Positions 18,645 through 27,738 of a stretch of 64,000 nt of DNA are shown here, piece after piece. A model generated the notes under the pieces. That model saw only the letters and a list, made by a program, of their open reading frames with translations, was not told where the DNA came from and made no database searches. The translations under genes were made by a program, and so were the position numbers. The stretch is from NCBI GenBank assembly GCA_963977015.1, contig CAXBMO010000030.1:16387-80386 (forward strand), given 5' to 3'. This DNA comes from an uncultured bacterium (GTDB taxonomy: Bacteria; Verrucomicrobiota; Verrucomicrobiia; Verrucomicrobiales; DEV007). How positions within the stretch are numbered: the stretch's first letter is position 1; the number at the start of each line of letters is the position of its first letter.

Positions 18645-19538
18645 ATGAATCGCCCCATTCTAGTCGCCATCGCGTTCGCCCTCGTTCTCTCTTTTGCGCA
18701 AGCTCAAGACAAACCCAAGGAACCCGACTACCCGGTTCAACCGGAATCCGTGCGGCAGGATGGCGTGCCCCAGGGAACGGTTACCAAGTCCACCTTCAAG
18801 AGCGAGGTTTTCCCGAACACCCTGCGCGAATACTACGTTTACGTCCCCGCGCAATACGACGGCAGCCAGCCCGCCGCTGTCATGGTCTTTCAGGATGGCC
18901 ACACCTATATTGGCGAAAACGGCGACTTCAAAACGCCCATCGTCCTCGACAACCTCATCCACCAGGGCGACATGCCTGTCACCATCGGCATCTTCATCAA
19001 CCCCGGCTGGTTCATCGATGCATTTGAGAAGCCGCAGGGGTGGAAGGCGCCGGAAGGCGTTCGCAGCAATCGCATGATCGAATACGATCGCCTCACCGAA
19101 GACTATGCCACCTTTCTCGAAACCGAAATGCTCCCCGAAGTCGCCAAGACCTACAAGTTGACGGACGACCCCGAGCAACGCGCGATTTGCGGCATCAGCT
19201 CCGGCGGCATCTGCGCCTGGACCGTCGCTTGGAAGCGGCCCGACCTCTTTCGCAAAGTCCTCAGCCACGTCGGCAGCTTCGTCAACATTCAGGGCGGCCA
19301 CATCTACCCCGCCCTCATCCGCAAGACCGATCCCAAACCCATCCGTATCTTCCTTCAGGATGGCTCCAACGATCTCGACAACGAGCACGGCAACTGGCCC
19401 CTCGCCAATCAGCAGATGGCCGCCGCCCTCAAGTTCGCCAACTACGATTACCAATTCGTCTACGGCGAAGGCGGCCACAACGGCAAACACGGCGGCGCAA
19501 TCCTCCCGGAGTCGCTCAAGTGGCTTTGGCGGGAGTAG
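18645..19538 (+). CDS. Secreted esterase, alpha/beta hydrolase (enterochelin esterase-like)
   Basis: [17 protein letters not shown], nucleophile elbow GISSGG, catalytic His in GGHNG. Confidence 0.9.
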   Translation: MNRPILVAIAFALVLSFAQAQDKPKEPDYPVQPESVRQDGVPQGTVTKSTFKSEVFPNTLREYYVYVPAQYDGSQPAAVMVFQDGHTYIGENGDFKTPIVLDNLIHQGDMPVTIGIFINPGWFIDAFEKPQGWKAPEGVRSNRMIEYDRLTEDYATFLETEMLPEVAKTYKLTDDPEQRAICGISSGGICAWTVAWKRPDLFRKVLSHVGSFVNIQGGHIYPALIRKTDPKPIRIFLQDGSNDLDNEHGNWPLANQQMAAALKFANYDYQFVYGEGGHNGKHGGAILPESLKWLWRE

Positions 19539-19553
19539 GGTAATTCTCGGCTG

Positions 19554-19850
19554 CTAGATGCGGTCCAACCCGAAACCCTCATTGCGTCCATCATGCCGAA
19601 CCACGAGAATTCGGATCTGCTTTTCGGTTAGCTTGTAGATCACACTGTAGGGAAAATGTTCCAAGTGAATGGTGCGGCGATTTTCTCCAGGCTTAAGGGG
19701 CCGCCATTGGGTGGGATGCTCGCAGATCGAGCAGAAGATCTTGTTGAGATCAATCAAGAAACGATCCCCGGCGACATTGGATCGTTCGTCATACCAAGCG
19801 ACGATCTGGGAAATATCGTCGCGAGCCGCTTTGGCGATGACGAATTTCAC
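19554..19850 (-). CDS. Type II toxin, RelE/ParE family
   Basis: AARDDISQIVAWY, HFPYSVIY, ILVVRH; GTGA overlap with the antitoxin. Confidence 0.85.
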   Translation of the reverse strand: MKFVIAKAARDDISQIVAWYDERSNVAGDRFLIDLNKIFCSICEHPTQWRPLKPGENRRTIHLEHFPYSVIYKLTEKQIRILVVRHDGRNEGFGLDRI

Positions 19851-20065
19851 CGTTTCCGGTTGTGCATTTGATCCATGAATTCGTTCACTGGCATCCAGCC
19901 ATCAGGGGCGGCATCCGCTTCGCGCTCTCGTTCATCGCACAGTTGGATCAAAGAATCCATCTCATCGCCGGAAAGCTCGATGCTATCCCAAATCCGTTGC
20001 GCGAGTTGTTTGCGCTCCTCAACGGAAAGGGCCATCACCGCATTTTCAACTTCGGCAAAACTCAT
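19847..20065 (-). CDS. Addiction-module antitoxin (TIGR02574-like)
   Basis: VMALSVEERKQLAQRIWDSI; small acidic ORF directly upstream of the ParE-like toxin. Confidence 0.85.
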   Translation of the reverse strand: MSFAEVENAVMALSVEERKQLAQRIWDSIELSGDEMDSLIQLCDEREREADAAPDGWMPVNEFMDQMHNRKR

Positions 20066-20302
20066 GAGCTCAATAAATGGGTTCTCAAGGTCACGTCAAT
20101 TGGCAACAGGTATTATCCCTTGTGCCGTTTGGGACGAAATCCCCCTTGAATGGCGAATTGTTCAGACCGAAAATCCTAAACCAAAAGCTGCCGCAACTAG
20201 TCTTCCACCAAGTTAAACGCGTCTTCGGGTCTCCACTACGGGATTCACAAAGATAGATAGCGCTGCGGAGGACCGCATGGAAGTAGAGTTCCTGGCATTG
20301 CA

Positions 20303-20330
20303 TTCATCCTTCATCCCTCCGCCTTCATCC
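20303..20330. repeat. Four tandem heptamers (TTCATCC type) supplying the stop of the HTTM gene
   Basis: ttcatcc ttcatcc ctccgcc ttcatcc. Confidence 0.7.
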
Positions 20331-21189
20331 TTTGGAAAAGCGCCGGGTAGTAACTGAGGATGATCCAGGAAAACGGACCGACGCGCATAAAGAAGTGGAT
20401 GCCGAGGTGGAAGAGGATGCCCCAGATGGCGAAGCAGAGCGGGTAGTTGATGCGGTTGAAGACGCGACGCTGGCGACCGGGGCGATCTGCGGTTGCGCGG
20501 TAGTAAAGGGCGAGGAGAAGGAGCGGGGAAAGGACTTCGAACCACCAGGAGAAGGCGGTGGTGAGTTGAGTGATGGGGTAGGCTTGGCTGAGCCCGGGAG
20601 TCAGGTCCCAACGTCGCCAGAAGGGATCCTGCAGGGTGTAGTAAACCGCGCTGAGGTCGCCGCCGGGTAACCAGTGTCCGCTGATTTTCTGGACGCCGGT
20701 GGACCAGTAACAGAGCACGAGCTGAAGGATCATGACGAGGCGCGGCCAGGCGGTGACGAGGGTGGGGGAGGTCCAGCGCCCGTGCCGGAGTTTGCAGTCG
20801 AGCGAGAGGGTGGCACCGGCTCCGCTGAAGATGAGGAGGAAGAGTTGGTTGGTGAGGAGGGAGTCGTAGGCGCTGCCGTCGTGGGGATTGAGGTGGATGA
20901 GCAGGTTGAAGAGGACGAGGGAAAGGATGGCGGCGATGCGGGTGAAGAGGCCGAGCGCGAGGAGGAGCCCCGAGAGGAGGGTGGTGAAGGCGAGGATCCA
21001 GATGAGGCTGGGTGACGGCCCGCCGCGATAGCCGGCGTCACTCCAGAGGGCGATGAGGGTTCCGTGCGGGAGGACGAAGCTGACGGAGGCGACGAGGCCG
21101 ATGCCGGCCATGATGCGGCAGAGGGCAAGCTGGAGGCCGGGTTCGCGGAGTTCGAGAAGGTGGAGCCAGCGCGCCCAGAGTTTCTTCAT
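20311..21189 (-). CDS. HTTM-domain (vitamin K-dependent carboxylase-like) membrane protein
   Basis: LALCRI, LGLFTR, LSLD, WPRLVMILQLVLCYWSTGVQK, W..G, FHLGIHFFMRVGPFSW. Confidence 0.85.
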   Translation of the reverse strand: MKKLWARWLHLLELREPGLQLALCRIMAGIGLVASVSFVLPHGTLIALWSDAGYRGGPSPSLIWILAFTTLLSGLLLALGLFTRIAAILSLVLFNLLIHLNPHDGSAYDSLLTNQLFLLIFSGAGATLSLDCKLRHGRWTSPTLVTAWPRLVMILQLVLCYWSTGVQKISGHWLPGGDLSAVYYTLQDPFWRRWDLTPGLSQAYPITQLTTAFSWWFEVLSPLLLLALYYRATADRPGRQRRVFNRINYPLCFAIWGILFHLGIHFFMRVGPFSWIILSYYPALFQRMKAEG

Positions 21190-22067
21190 GGGGTGAAGTC
21201 GCGCGTGCGGAGTTGTTTGGCTTCGGCGAAGGAGAGGGGCGCTGGGGCGGTTGAGGCGCCGGGTTTCATCGCGGGGACGATTTCAAAGCCGACGCGGAGG
21301 CGGGTGGCGTTGGGGAAGTCGCGCTTTGCTTCGGCGGCGAGCCAGTCGACGAATTGCTCGTAGGTCTCCGGGTAGAGGCCCCAGGCGTAGAGGTTGAGCG
21401 CGGCGCGGAACCGATCGCGTTCGAAGTGGTGCGCGAGCCAGCGGTGTTCCGGCGAACCCATGAGGTGGACGGTTTCCCAGGATGCGGAGAGACTGGACTC
21501 AGGGACCCCGGCTGGCTTTTCTGGCCGCCACGGTGCTTGATGCATTGGAGCGGGGACTCTTTGGCGACGGGAAAGCGTAGGGGCAGCGCTCGACCCGGGC
21601 AAGCCGGGCCGGGGCGTTCGGATCGATGGCGGGGGCTGTGGTTGATCTACCTTCCACCGGCGCGAGACCGGTGGAGAGGGGATCTGCTGATTCGCTTCTC
21701 GATTCTCGATCCAAATGTCGATGCGGAGGCGGACCGGTTCTTCAACGGCGGCGGGAAACATGCGCCAGCGTTGGCGCGTCCCGGCGAGGTGGTAGTAGGG
21801 GTGAAAGGGGCGATTCAGGCTCTGCTGAACGTGGAGAATTCCGGTCGCGGCGTCCCAGGCGGTTTGGGCGACGTCTTCCCGGCTGGACTCGAAGCCCCAT
21901 CCGGTGAGGCGATCGGCCCAATTCGCGAACTCGGCTTGCGCGATGGGATCCTCCCAGGCTTCCGGAGTGAGGACGCGTTGGTCGACGAGAACGGGGAGAG
22001 AACCGGCGGTGATCGCGACCACGTGAATCGCAACGAGGATTCCGCGGGCGTGGGCCAGTTTGCTCAA
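21186..22067 (-). CDS. HTTM-partner membrane-anchored protein with a low-complexity in-frame insertion
   Basis: TTG start overlapping the upstream stop (TTGA); N-terminal TM; PYY.LAGTRQRWRMF motif; ATGA coupling to the HTTM gene. Confidence 0.7.
   Translation of the reverse strand: MSKLAHARGILVAIHVVAITAGSLPVLVDQRVLTPEAWEDPIAQAEFANWADRLTGWGFESSREDVAQTAWDAATGILHVQQSLNRPFHPYYHLAGTRQRWRMFPAAVEEPVRLRIDIWIENREANQQIPSPPVSRRWKVDQPQPPPSIRTPRPGLPGSSAAPTLSRRQRVPAPMHQAPWRPEKPAGVPESSLSASWETVHLMGSPEHRWLAHHFERDRFRAALNLYAWGLYPETYEQFVDWLAAEAKRDFPNATRLRVGFEIVPAMKPGASTAPAPLSFAEAKQLRTRDFTP
21480..21710. repeat. Palindromic REP-like mosaic inserted in frame in a CDS
   Basis: Hairpins TCCACCGG/CCGGTGGA and GTAGGGGC-AGCGCTC...CCCGG/CCGGG...GGGCGTT; complementary ends; TTCTCGA heptamer doublet. 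Confidence 0.55.
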
Positions 22068-22534
22068 ACCCGGACCTGTGTTTTGATCGTATTGAGAGCC
22101 TCGCGGAAGTCGGTCCAGCATTCGGAGCGAAAGCGATCGCGCTCGATCATCCAGCTTTTGGGGAAGCCGCGTTTGGAGCGGTAAAAGATGGTGGCGAGGT
22201 TGTCCTCAACGAAGATTTTCTCGATTTTGGCGAGTTCGAGCTGGCGCTTGGCCAGTTTGCTGGTGCGGATGATGAGGTAGTCGTCGGTGGTCTCGACGAG
22301 GCATTTTTGGGGATTGCAGACCCAGATGAGGAAGGGGAGAACGACCAAAAGCGTCGCGAGGACGCCGAGAGCGAGCCAGAACCACAGGGTGTGTTGTTCC
22401 GTGAGATCGAGCCGCGCGGGAAGGCTTCCAAAATGCCCAGTGGCGGCGACACCAGCGATGGCGATGCCCCACAGCACCATTCCGACTGGTTTGGTGCGAC
22501 GTAGGGGTAGTTCAGCCAATTGCTTGGTCTCCAC
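22064..22534 (-). CDS. Hypothetical 2-TM membrane protein
   Basis: Two hydrophobic helices and a soluble C-terminal domain; translationally coupled to the next gene. Confidence 0.65.
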   Translation of the reverse strand: METKQLAELPLRRTKPVGMVLWGIAIAGVAATGHFGSLPARLDLTEQHTLWFWLALGVLATLLVVLPFLIWVCNPQKCLVETTDDYLIIRTSKLAKRQLELAKIEKIFVEDNLATIFYRSKRGFPKSWMIERDRFRSECWTDFREALNTIKTQVRV

Positions 22535-22632
22535 TGAGATGCCATTGTTGAAAGGAACGGCGTCCTGGCAAGTGCCAAACTGAAAAACTTATTGTCAGGG
22601 GCGGAATTGCGCCCTTTTTCCCGCGAAACGAG

Positions 22633-22668
22633 CAACCCCCGAACCGCCTTGCAGCAATCCGGGGGTTG
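22633..22668 (-). terminator. Strong hairpin, probable terminator of a minus-strand transcript
   Basis: CAACCCCCGGAUUGCU-GCAA-GGCGGUUCGGGGGUUG; the G-U pairs form only on the minus strand; U-tract is weak. Confidence 0.55.
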
Positions 22669-22683
22669 AGTCCTCAACTCAAC

Positions 22684-22806
22684 TCACACAGAGCGATGAT
22701 TTCGATTCACGGATTTCGAAACGTGTTCCAGGGGCTGGAACTTGGCTGTGATGTGGGGTTGAGCGTCGGAGAAGGCGGTGATGAGAAGGAGGCCAAGTAC
22801 AACCAT
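22684..22806 (-). CDS. Candidate 40-aa small exported peptide
   Basis: MVVLGLLLITAFSDAQPHITAKFQPLEHVSKSVNRNHRSV*, followed by the hairpin; below the ORF-track cutoff. Confidence 0.35.
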   Translation of the reverse strand: MVVLGLLLITAFSDAQPHITAKFQPLEHVSKSVNRNHRSV

Positions 22807-23200
22807 TTCTCGCTGCGCCAAAATTCCTTACTACTATCAAATTCGTTCTTTTTATAAAACCGTCAACCTCATATGCTGGAAAAGTATCGTAATTATCTCT
22901 TAATTCTGATTATTACGGAATTGCGACCGGTTGGTATCTCGAAGGCGGTCTAAGTTTGGGAAAGGAAGGCGCGAAGCGTTCCCTTTCTGAGCTGTTGTGG
23001 AGAAAAAGGTTGATTTCAGGGGGCGATACCGGGTTTTATCCTGACCGGACAACCAGTCTCGCGACTCCGAGAAGCCACCACATTCTCGAAGAGGAACGAG
23101 TTGCAGATTGCGGATTTTTATCCACATTGTCTGATATTTAACTTTGTTTAAATAACGTTTTCGAACAATCGGCCCCCAATCGGGTCTTTTACTAGTCTCC

Positions 23201-26200
23201 ATGGGGGAACCAGAGAACCAGCCTGCTTCTGATTTGGGCACCGCCGCCAGCCATGGCGCGGGCTCGGATTCTACGTACGGCCCCATGTTTGTGGCGCCGA
23301 CGGTGGAGGAGTTGAACGAAAGTCTTCCCCAGTTCGAGTTTGTTGAGCTCCTGGGCCAGGGCGGGATGGGAGCGGTTTACAAGGCGCGGCAACCTCGATT
23401 GGACCGCTATGTGGCGATCAAGCTGCTTCCGGCGTTTGCGGGGCTGGACGAGCACAACTTTGCCGAACGATTTGAGAGAGAAGCGCGGGCGATGGCGAAG
23501 ATGAATCACCCGAACATCGTCACGGTGCATGATTTCGGTGAGACGGATGCCGGGCATCGCTACATTGTGATGGAGTACGTGGACGGATACGATCTGCACC
23601 ACGCGATCCAAAGCGGGGAGTTGACTTCCAAGCATGTCTTGGCGTGGATCCCGCTGATTTGTAAGGCGCTGGATTACGCTCACGAGCACGGTCTCGTTCA
23701 TCGCGACATCAAGCCGGCCAACATCCTGATCAGCAAAGAAGGGGAAGTGAAGGTCGGCGATTTTGGTCTCGCCAAGTTGGTGGGGCGAAAGCACGAGACC
23801 TCGATCACGAAAACCCGGGTTTCGATGGGGACGCCGGATTATGCGGCTCCCGAAGCCTTGGAAGAAGGTGGCGTCGTCGATCGGCGTGCGGATATTTACT
23901 CGCTGGGCGTACTTTGCTACGAACTCTTTACCGGGAAAGTGCCTCGCGGCGCCTGGAAGCCACCCTCGGCCTACACCGATATCGATGTGCGGTTGGATCA
24001 GATCATCATCAAGGCGATGCAGCCTGATGCGGAACATCGTTACCAGTCGGTCAGCCAGATGCTGGAATCGCTCAATGACGTCCGGAATTCGCCCAAAATG
24101 GTGGTTTCCCAGTCGAGTAGCAAGCAGTTGCTGACAGGAACGGTGAACGTGCCGTCCAAGAAAGATATCGAAAGCCTGACGGGCGGGGACAAGTCCGGAT
24201 CCAAGACGTCCACCCGAAGGCGGGAGCGAACGCATCCGTTGGTTGTGGCCGGGATTGCGATCGGTGGAATCCTGCTCGCGGTGGGAGTGATTCTTCTGTT
24301 GATGATGAAGCTGGACGCCAATGCGAAGGCGCAGGCGAAGATCGTCCCCAATTCGAAACCGCCACGGATCGTTAATCCGGGAGAAGCATCAAAGAAAGAT
24401 CCGGTCGTGGTTGAGGTGAAAAATCCGAAGCCCAATCCTCCGGTGCGGCCAAAAACTACCGAAGAACCGAAAACGCCTCCACCGCGTCCGCAATTCACCA
24501 TCCTTGACCCTCCTCGACCCAATGACGGTTGGGCCGACCTGATGGAAGGGGTCCGCACCAAGCACCGGGGCGTAGAGGGAAACTGGGAACTTGGAGAGGA
24601 TGGCGTTCTCGTCCTGGACGGGAAAGATTTCTCCAAAGGGCAGGTGCCAAGGATTCCGTTTGCCGTGCAGGCGCCGCAGAAAGTGGGTTATGAGGTAAAA
24701 ATGGAGGTCTCCCAAATCAGCTCGGGCCGAATGTTTGGCTTTTTGCTGCCCGTTGACGACCAAAGTGTGTTTTTTGCGATCAACGCGCCATCTAATCAGG
24801 ACAAAATCAGCTATTGCGGGATTTCGATGGTTGATGGTCGCCCTGCCGGGCATCCGGAAAATCCAACGCGGACGAAATTGGAGATCGATCCGGAAAGAAT
24901 CTATGATCTGGAGCTTCAGGTTTTGACGGACGGAAACAAGGTCGGGATTTATGCAGCCCTGGATTCCAAGCAGGTCTTGCGATGGGAGGGGAAGCTCAGC
25001 CAGCTGAAATCGCCCGATGAGGCCCGGGGAAGTGCCCGCCGCTTGATCACGGTTGTTTCGATGAGCCCGTTGAGCGTCGCGAAGGCTCAAATGAGAACGC
25101 TTGGACCGGGGGCAACGTTGGCCGGCAAGCCCGCGCCGCCCAAGCCAGAACCCGTGATGTCGCCGGAGTTGCTTCAGAAACTGGCTGATTTCGAGAAAAC
25201 GACTGCGGATCGAATCGCAACGGAAGCTGAGGCTCCGTTTCAGGATCTGGTGGCGACCCAGCTTCACAAAGGTTATGAAGCGGCCCTTGGGCGTTTGATT
25301 GAGACTGCAGAGCGGTCGCGGGACCTTCTGACCAAGGCTTCTGCGCTTCGAGAACTGGAGCGAATCTCCGCGCTACGGCCGATTGAGCCCGAGGATCCTC
25401 CCGAGATGCCCCAAGCGGTGAAAGATGCGCGCGCGCGTTATCGGGTAGAAATTGGGAAGCTCGAAGCCCAGCGGGACTTGTTGCTGTTGCCAATTTTGCG
25501 CGACCAGCTGATTTCGATCGAGTCCCTACGCGATGAGTTCGCCAGCCTGGGCAAGCCTGCGTTGGATCAAATCGACAACGCGGCAAACCCGCTTCGAAAG
25601 CGGATCACGGAAATTGAAGAAGGAATTCCCTCCGCACCGGTTGGATCGCCAATCCCACGAATGGCTCCCGGCTCTCCGGAAGTCGAGATGACCCCGGAGC
25701 CTACGTTCGAGCCACTCCAGCGCGCTTCGTTTCCGCGTTCACGGCCGGTTGAGAAAGGTGAGGTTGTTGCCTGGGGGCGGAAGCCTGATATGGCTGAGGT
25801 TGAAATGGGAGATGTCCCCGCCGGGCTGGCCACGACCGCTGTCGCGATTGCCGGATATGGAGATTGCGCGGTTGCGTTGAAGTCGAACGGGAAACTTCAG
25901 GTTTGGGGGAAGCTGGAAGGGCCCGTGCCGGTCGAGATCACCGGAATGAGCGGGATCGTGGATGTGGCGGTTTCCTACGACTCAAGAGACTTCCATTTCG
26001 CAGCCCTGGATGAATCAGGAAGCGTCGAATTTTATGCGTTGGGATGGGGGGACTTGACCGACGAGCAGACCAAGGTTGGGATGCTTGAGCGTGTTGTTGG
26101 CTTGGGCGCCACCCCCCGAAGTGGATTTGCCGTTCTTGACGATGGTTCTCTCGGGTATTGGGGAAGGTTGCCCGATGCTGCGGCAGCCAGTTTGCCTGAC

Positions 26201-26605
26201 AAAGTGGCGAAGCTGAAAATCGGGCCGGGAGTTGCCGCCGCGATTTGTGAGGATCGATCCGTGAAGGTGTTTGGAGGCGGAACCTCGTCTTTTCCCCCAA
26301 ATCTGACCGAAGCCATCGACCTGGAGTTTGGTCAACAGGAAGCCTTGGGTGGTGTTGCCATCCTGCCGGACGGAAAGGCCCTGACATTCGGTTCGTTTGC
26401 CGGTTATCAGGACAAACTCAGCATGTTGCTGGAAACCAAGACCATAGAGAAAGTGGTCGCCGGCTTGGATGCGTTTGCCGTTCTGGACTCCGAACAAAAT
26501 TGGCACTTTTTCGGCGCCAATATTGATCCGATGCATTGTGCTGCAGAAGCTGCGGGATGCTCAGATGTCGTAATTGGAAATTTCTACGTCATTGGACTTC
26601 GATAA
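23201..26605 (+). CDS. Membrane-anchored Ser/Thr protein kinase with a large extracytoplasmic region and a C-terminal RCC1-like propeller
   Basis: LGQGGMGAVY, HRDIKPANILI, DFGLAK, GTPDYAAPE; TM VVAGIAIGGILLAVGVILLLMM; VALKSNGKLQVWG / AVLDDGSLGYWG repeats. Confidence 0.93.
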   Translation: MGEPENQPASDLGTAASHGAGSDSTYGPMFVAPTVEELNESLPQFEFVELLGQGGMGAVYKARQPRLDRYVAIKLLPAFAGLDEHNFAERFEREARAMAKMNHPNIVTVHDFGETDAGHRYIVMEYVDGYDLHHAIQSGELTSKHVLAWIPLICKALDYAHEHGLVHRDIKPANILISKEGEVKVGDFGLAKLVGRKHETSITKTRVSMGTPDYAAPEALEEGGVVDRRADIYSLGVLCYELFTGKVPRGAWKPPSAYTDIDVRLDQIIIKAMQPDAEHRYQSVSQMLESLNDVRNSPKMVVSQSSSKQLLTGTVNVPSKKDIESLTGGDKSGSKTSTRRRERTHPLVVAGIAIGGILLAVGVILLLMMKLDANAKAQAKIVPNSKPPRIVNPGEASKKDPVVVEVKNPKPNPPVRPKTTEEPKTPPPRPQFTILDPPRPNDGWADLMEGVRTKHRGVEGNWELGEDGVLVLDGKDFSKGQVPRIPFAVQAPQKVGYEVKMEVSQISSGRMFGFLLPVDDQSVFFAINAPSNQDKISYCGISMVDGRPAGHPENPTRTKLEIDPERIYDLELQVLTDGNKVGIYAALDSKQVLRWEGKLSQLKSPDEARGSARRLITVVSMSPLSVAKAQMRTLGPGATLAGKPAPPKPEPVMSPELLQKLADFEKTTADRIATEAEAPFQDLVATQLHKGYEAALGRLIETAERSRDLLTKASALRELERISALRPIEPEDPPEMPQAVKDARARYRVEIGKLEAQRDLLLLPILRDQLISIESLRDEFASLGKPALDQIDNAANPLRKRITEIEEGIPSAPVGSPIPRMAPGSPEVEMTPEPTFEPLQRASFPRSRPVEKGEVVAWGRKPDMAEVEMGDVPAGLATTAVAIAGYGDCAVALKSNGKLQVWGKLEGPVPVEITGMSGIVDVAVSYDSRDFHFAALDESGSVEFYALGWGDLTDEQTKVGMLERVVGLGATPRSGFAVLDDGSLGYWGRLPDAAAASLPDKVAKLKIGPGVAAAICEDRSVKVFGGGTSSFPPNLTEAIDLEFGQQEALGGVAILPDGKALTFGSFAGYQDKLSMLLETKTIEKVVAGLDAFAVLDSEQNWHFFGANIDPMHCAAEAAGCSDVVIGNFYVIGLR

Positions 26606-26947
26606 GCGCCCGGTAAGAACACTGGAGCACGGTGGTCTTACCGAAATGCTGAGATTTTAAGGTCTCGAGTCCATTAAGGGTCCGGGAATACCAATTCTTG
26701 ATTGAAACCCATTTTTGGGGTCAAAATTCGTCCAAATTGTCCGAATCTAAGGGAATACAGGAAGCAGAGGTGGGTAAAGGATGTGAATATGTTAGGAGCG
26801 TAAATGTGGATAGTTTAGGAAAATTACCTTTTTCTCAAATGGTAATTTCTTTCGTGCTGAGTTAATTATCGAAAATCTGAAAATTCAAGCAACCATTAGG
26901 AAAAAGGGTTGACGGATGGTTTGATTTTTGGTTTCTGAGACGCAGTT

Positions 26948-27475
26948 ATGAAATCGATAGTTGCCACGTTAACAGTCGCTCTTCTTGGAACCGCTTTGGT
27001 TCAAGCTGGGCCCTATATTGATAAAAACCCACCCATCATTGACGTTTGTGATTGCTACCCTCCCGGGTTACAGGTCGGCGGCTTTGTTGGCGGCTACTTC
27101 CCTGACAGCAGTGTGGAGGAAGAAGCACTTGGTGGCGGTATTACCCTTGGCTATTTCTTCACCGATCGGATCGGTTTGGAGCTTGGCTACGGGGCGTATG
27201 ACACGGAACCTGATGTGACTCACATGACAACGTTGGATCTGATCTACCGTTTGTTCATCAACGACAACAACTGCTTCTCGCCCTACCTCATTGCAGGTGG
27301 CGGTGGAGTTTTCAACGACGTTAACCGCGGTCTTTTCCGTGGTGGTGCCGGCGTTGAAATGCGCTTTGAAGGTAACAACTGCTGGGGACTCTTCCTCGAC
27401 GGGACCTTCAACTGGCTTGCCGATGGTGGCGATGATCCAGTGGTTGCACGTTTGGGAGTCCGCATCCCGTGGTAA
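26948..27475 (+). CDS. Outer-membrane beta-barrel protein (OmpA/porin-like)
   Basis: Signal peptide, alternating beta-strands (LGYFFTDRIGLE, SPYLIAGGG), C-terminal aromatic residue (LGVRIPW). Confidence 0.82.
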   Translation: MKSIVATLTVALLGTALVQAGPYIDKNPPIIDVCDCYPPGLQVGGFVGGYFPDSSVEEEALGGGITLGYFFTDRIGLELGYGAYDTEPDVTHMTTLDLIYRLFINDNNCFSPYLIAGGGGVFNDVNRGLFRGGAGVEMRFEGNNCWGLFLDGTFNWLADGGDDPVVARLGVRIPW

Positions 27476-27512
27476 ACTGAAGTTTTAACCCCTCAACACA
27501 TTTTTGCATGAG

Positions 27513-27540
27513 AAGTCGGGGCCGCAAGGTCCCGGCTTTT
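27513..27540 (+). terminator. Rho-independent terminator
   Basis: AAGTCGGGGCC-GCAA-GGTCCCGGCTT then TT, downstream of the barrel gene. Confidence 0.75.
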
Positions 27541-27738
27541 CGCGTTTCATTCAGTCTGGAAGTGGAGAGGTAGCCGGTGTCGCAGTGGCTACTCTTCCCT
27601 CTGCGAAACCGCACCTCTTTTTCTTGGGCCTGCTCCTCTCACATCGGCTCCAGGTTCCCGGAAAGGGCTCCTGGTGGCAATTCTCTTTGCCTCTCCGCTC
27701 TTGATCCTCGATTCGGCAGGTGCCACGATGCAGGCCTC

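Noticed and set aside
20091-20303. Possible four-helix-bundle, IS200 or PIN remnant after the MKDE-type heptamers
   Set aside because: No frame gives a convincing family motif
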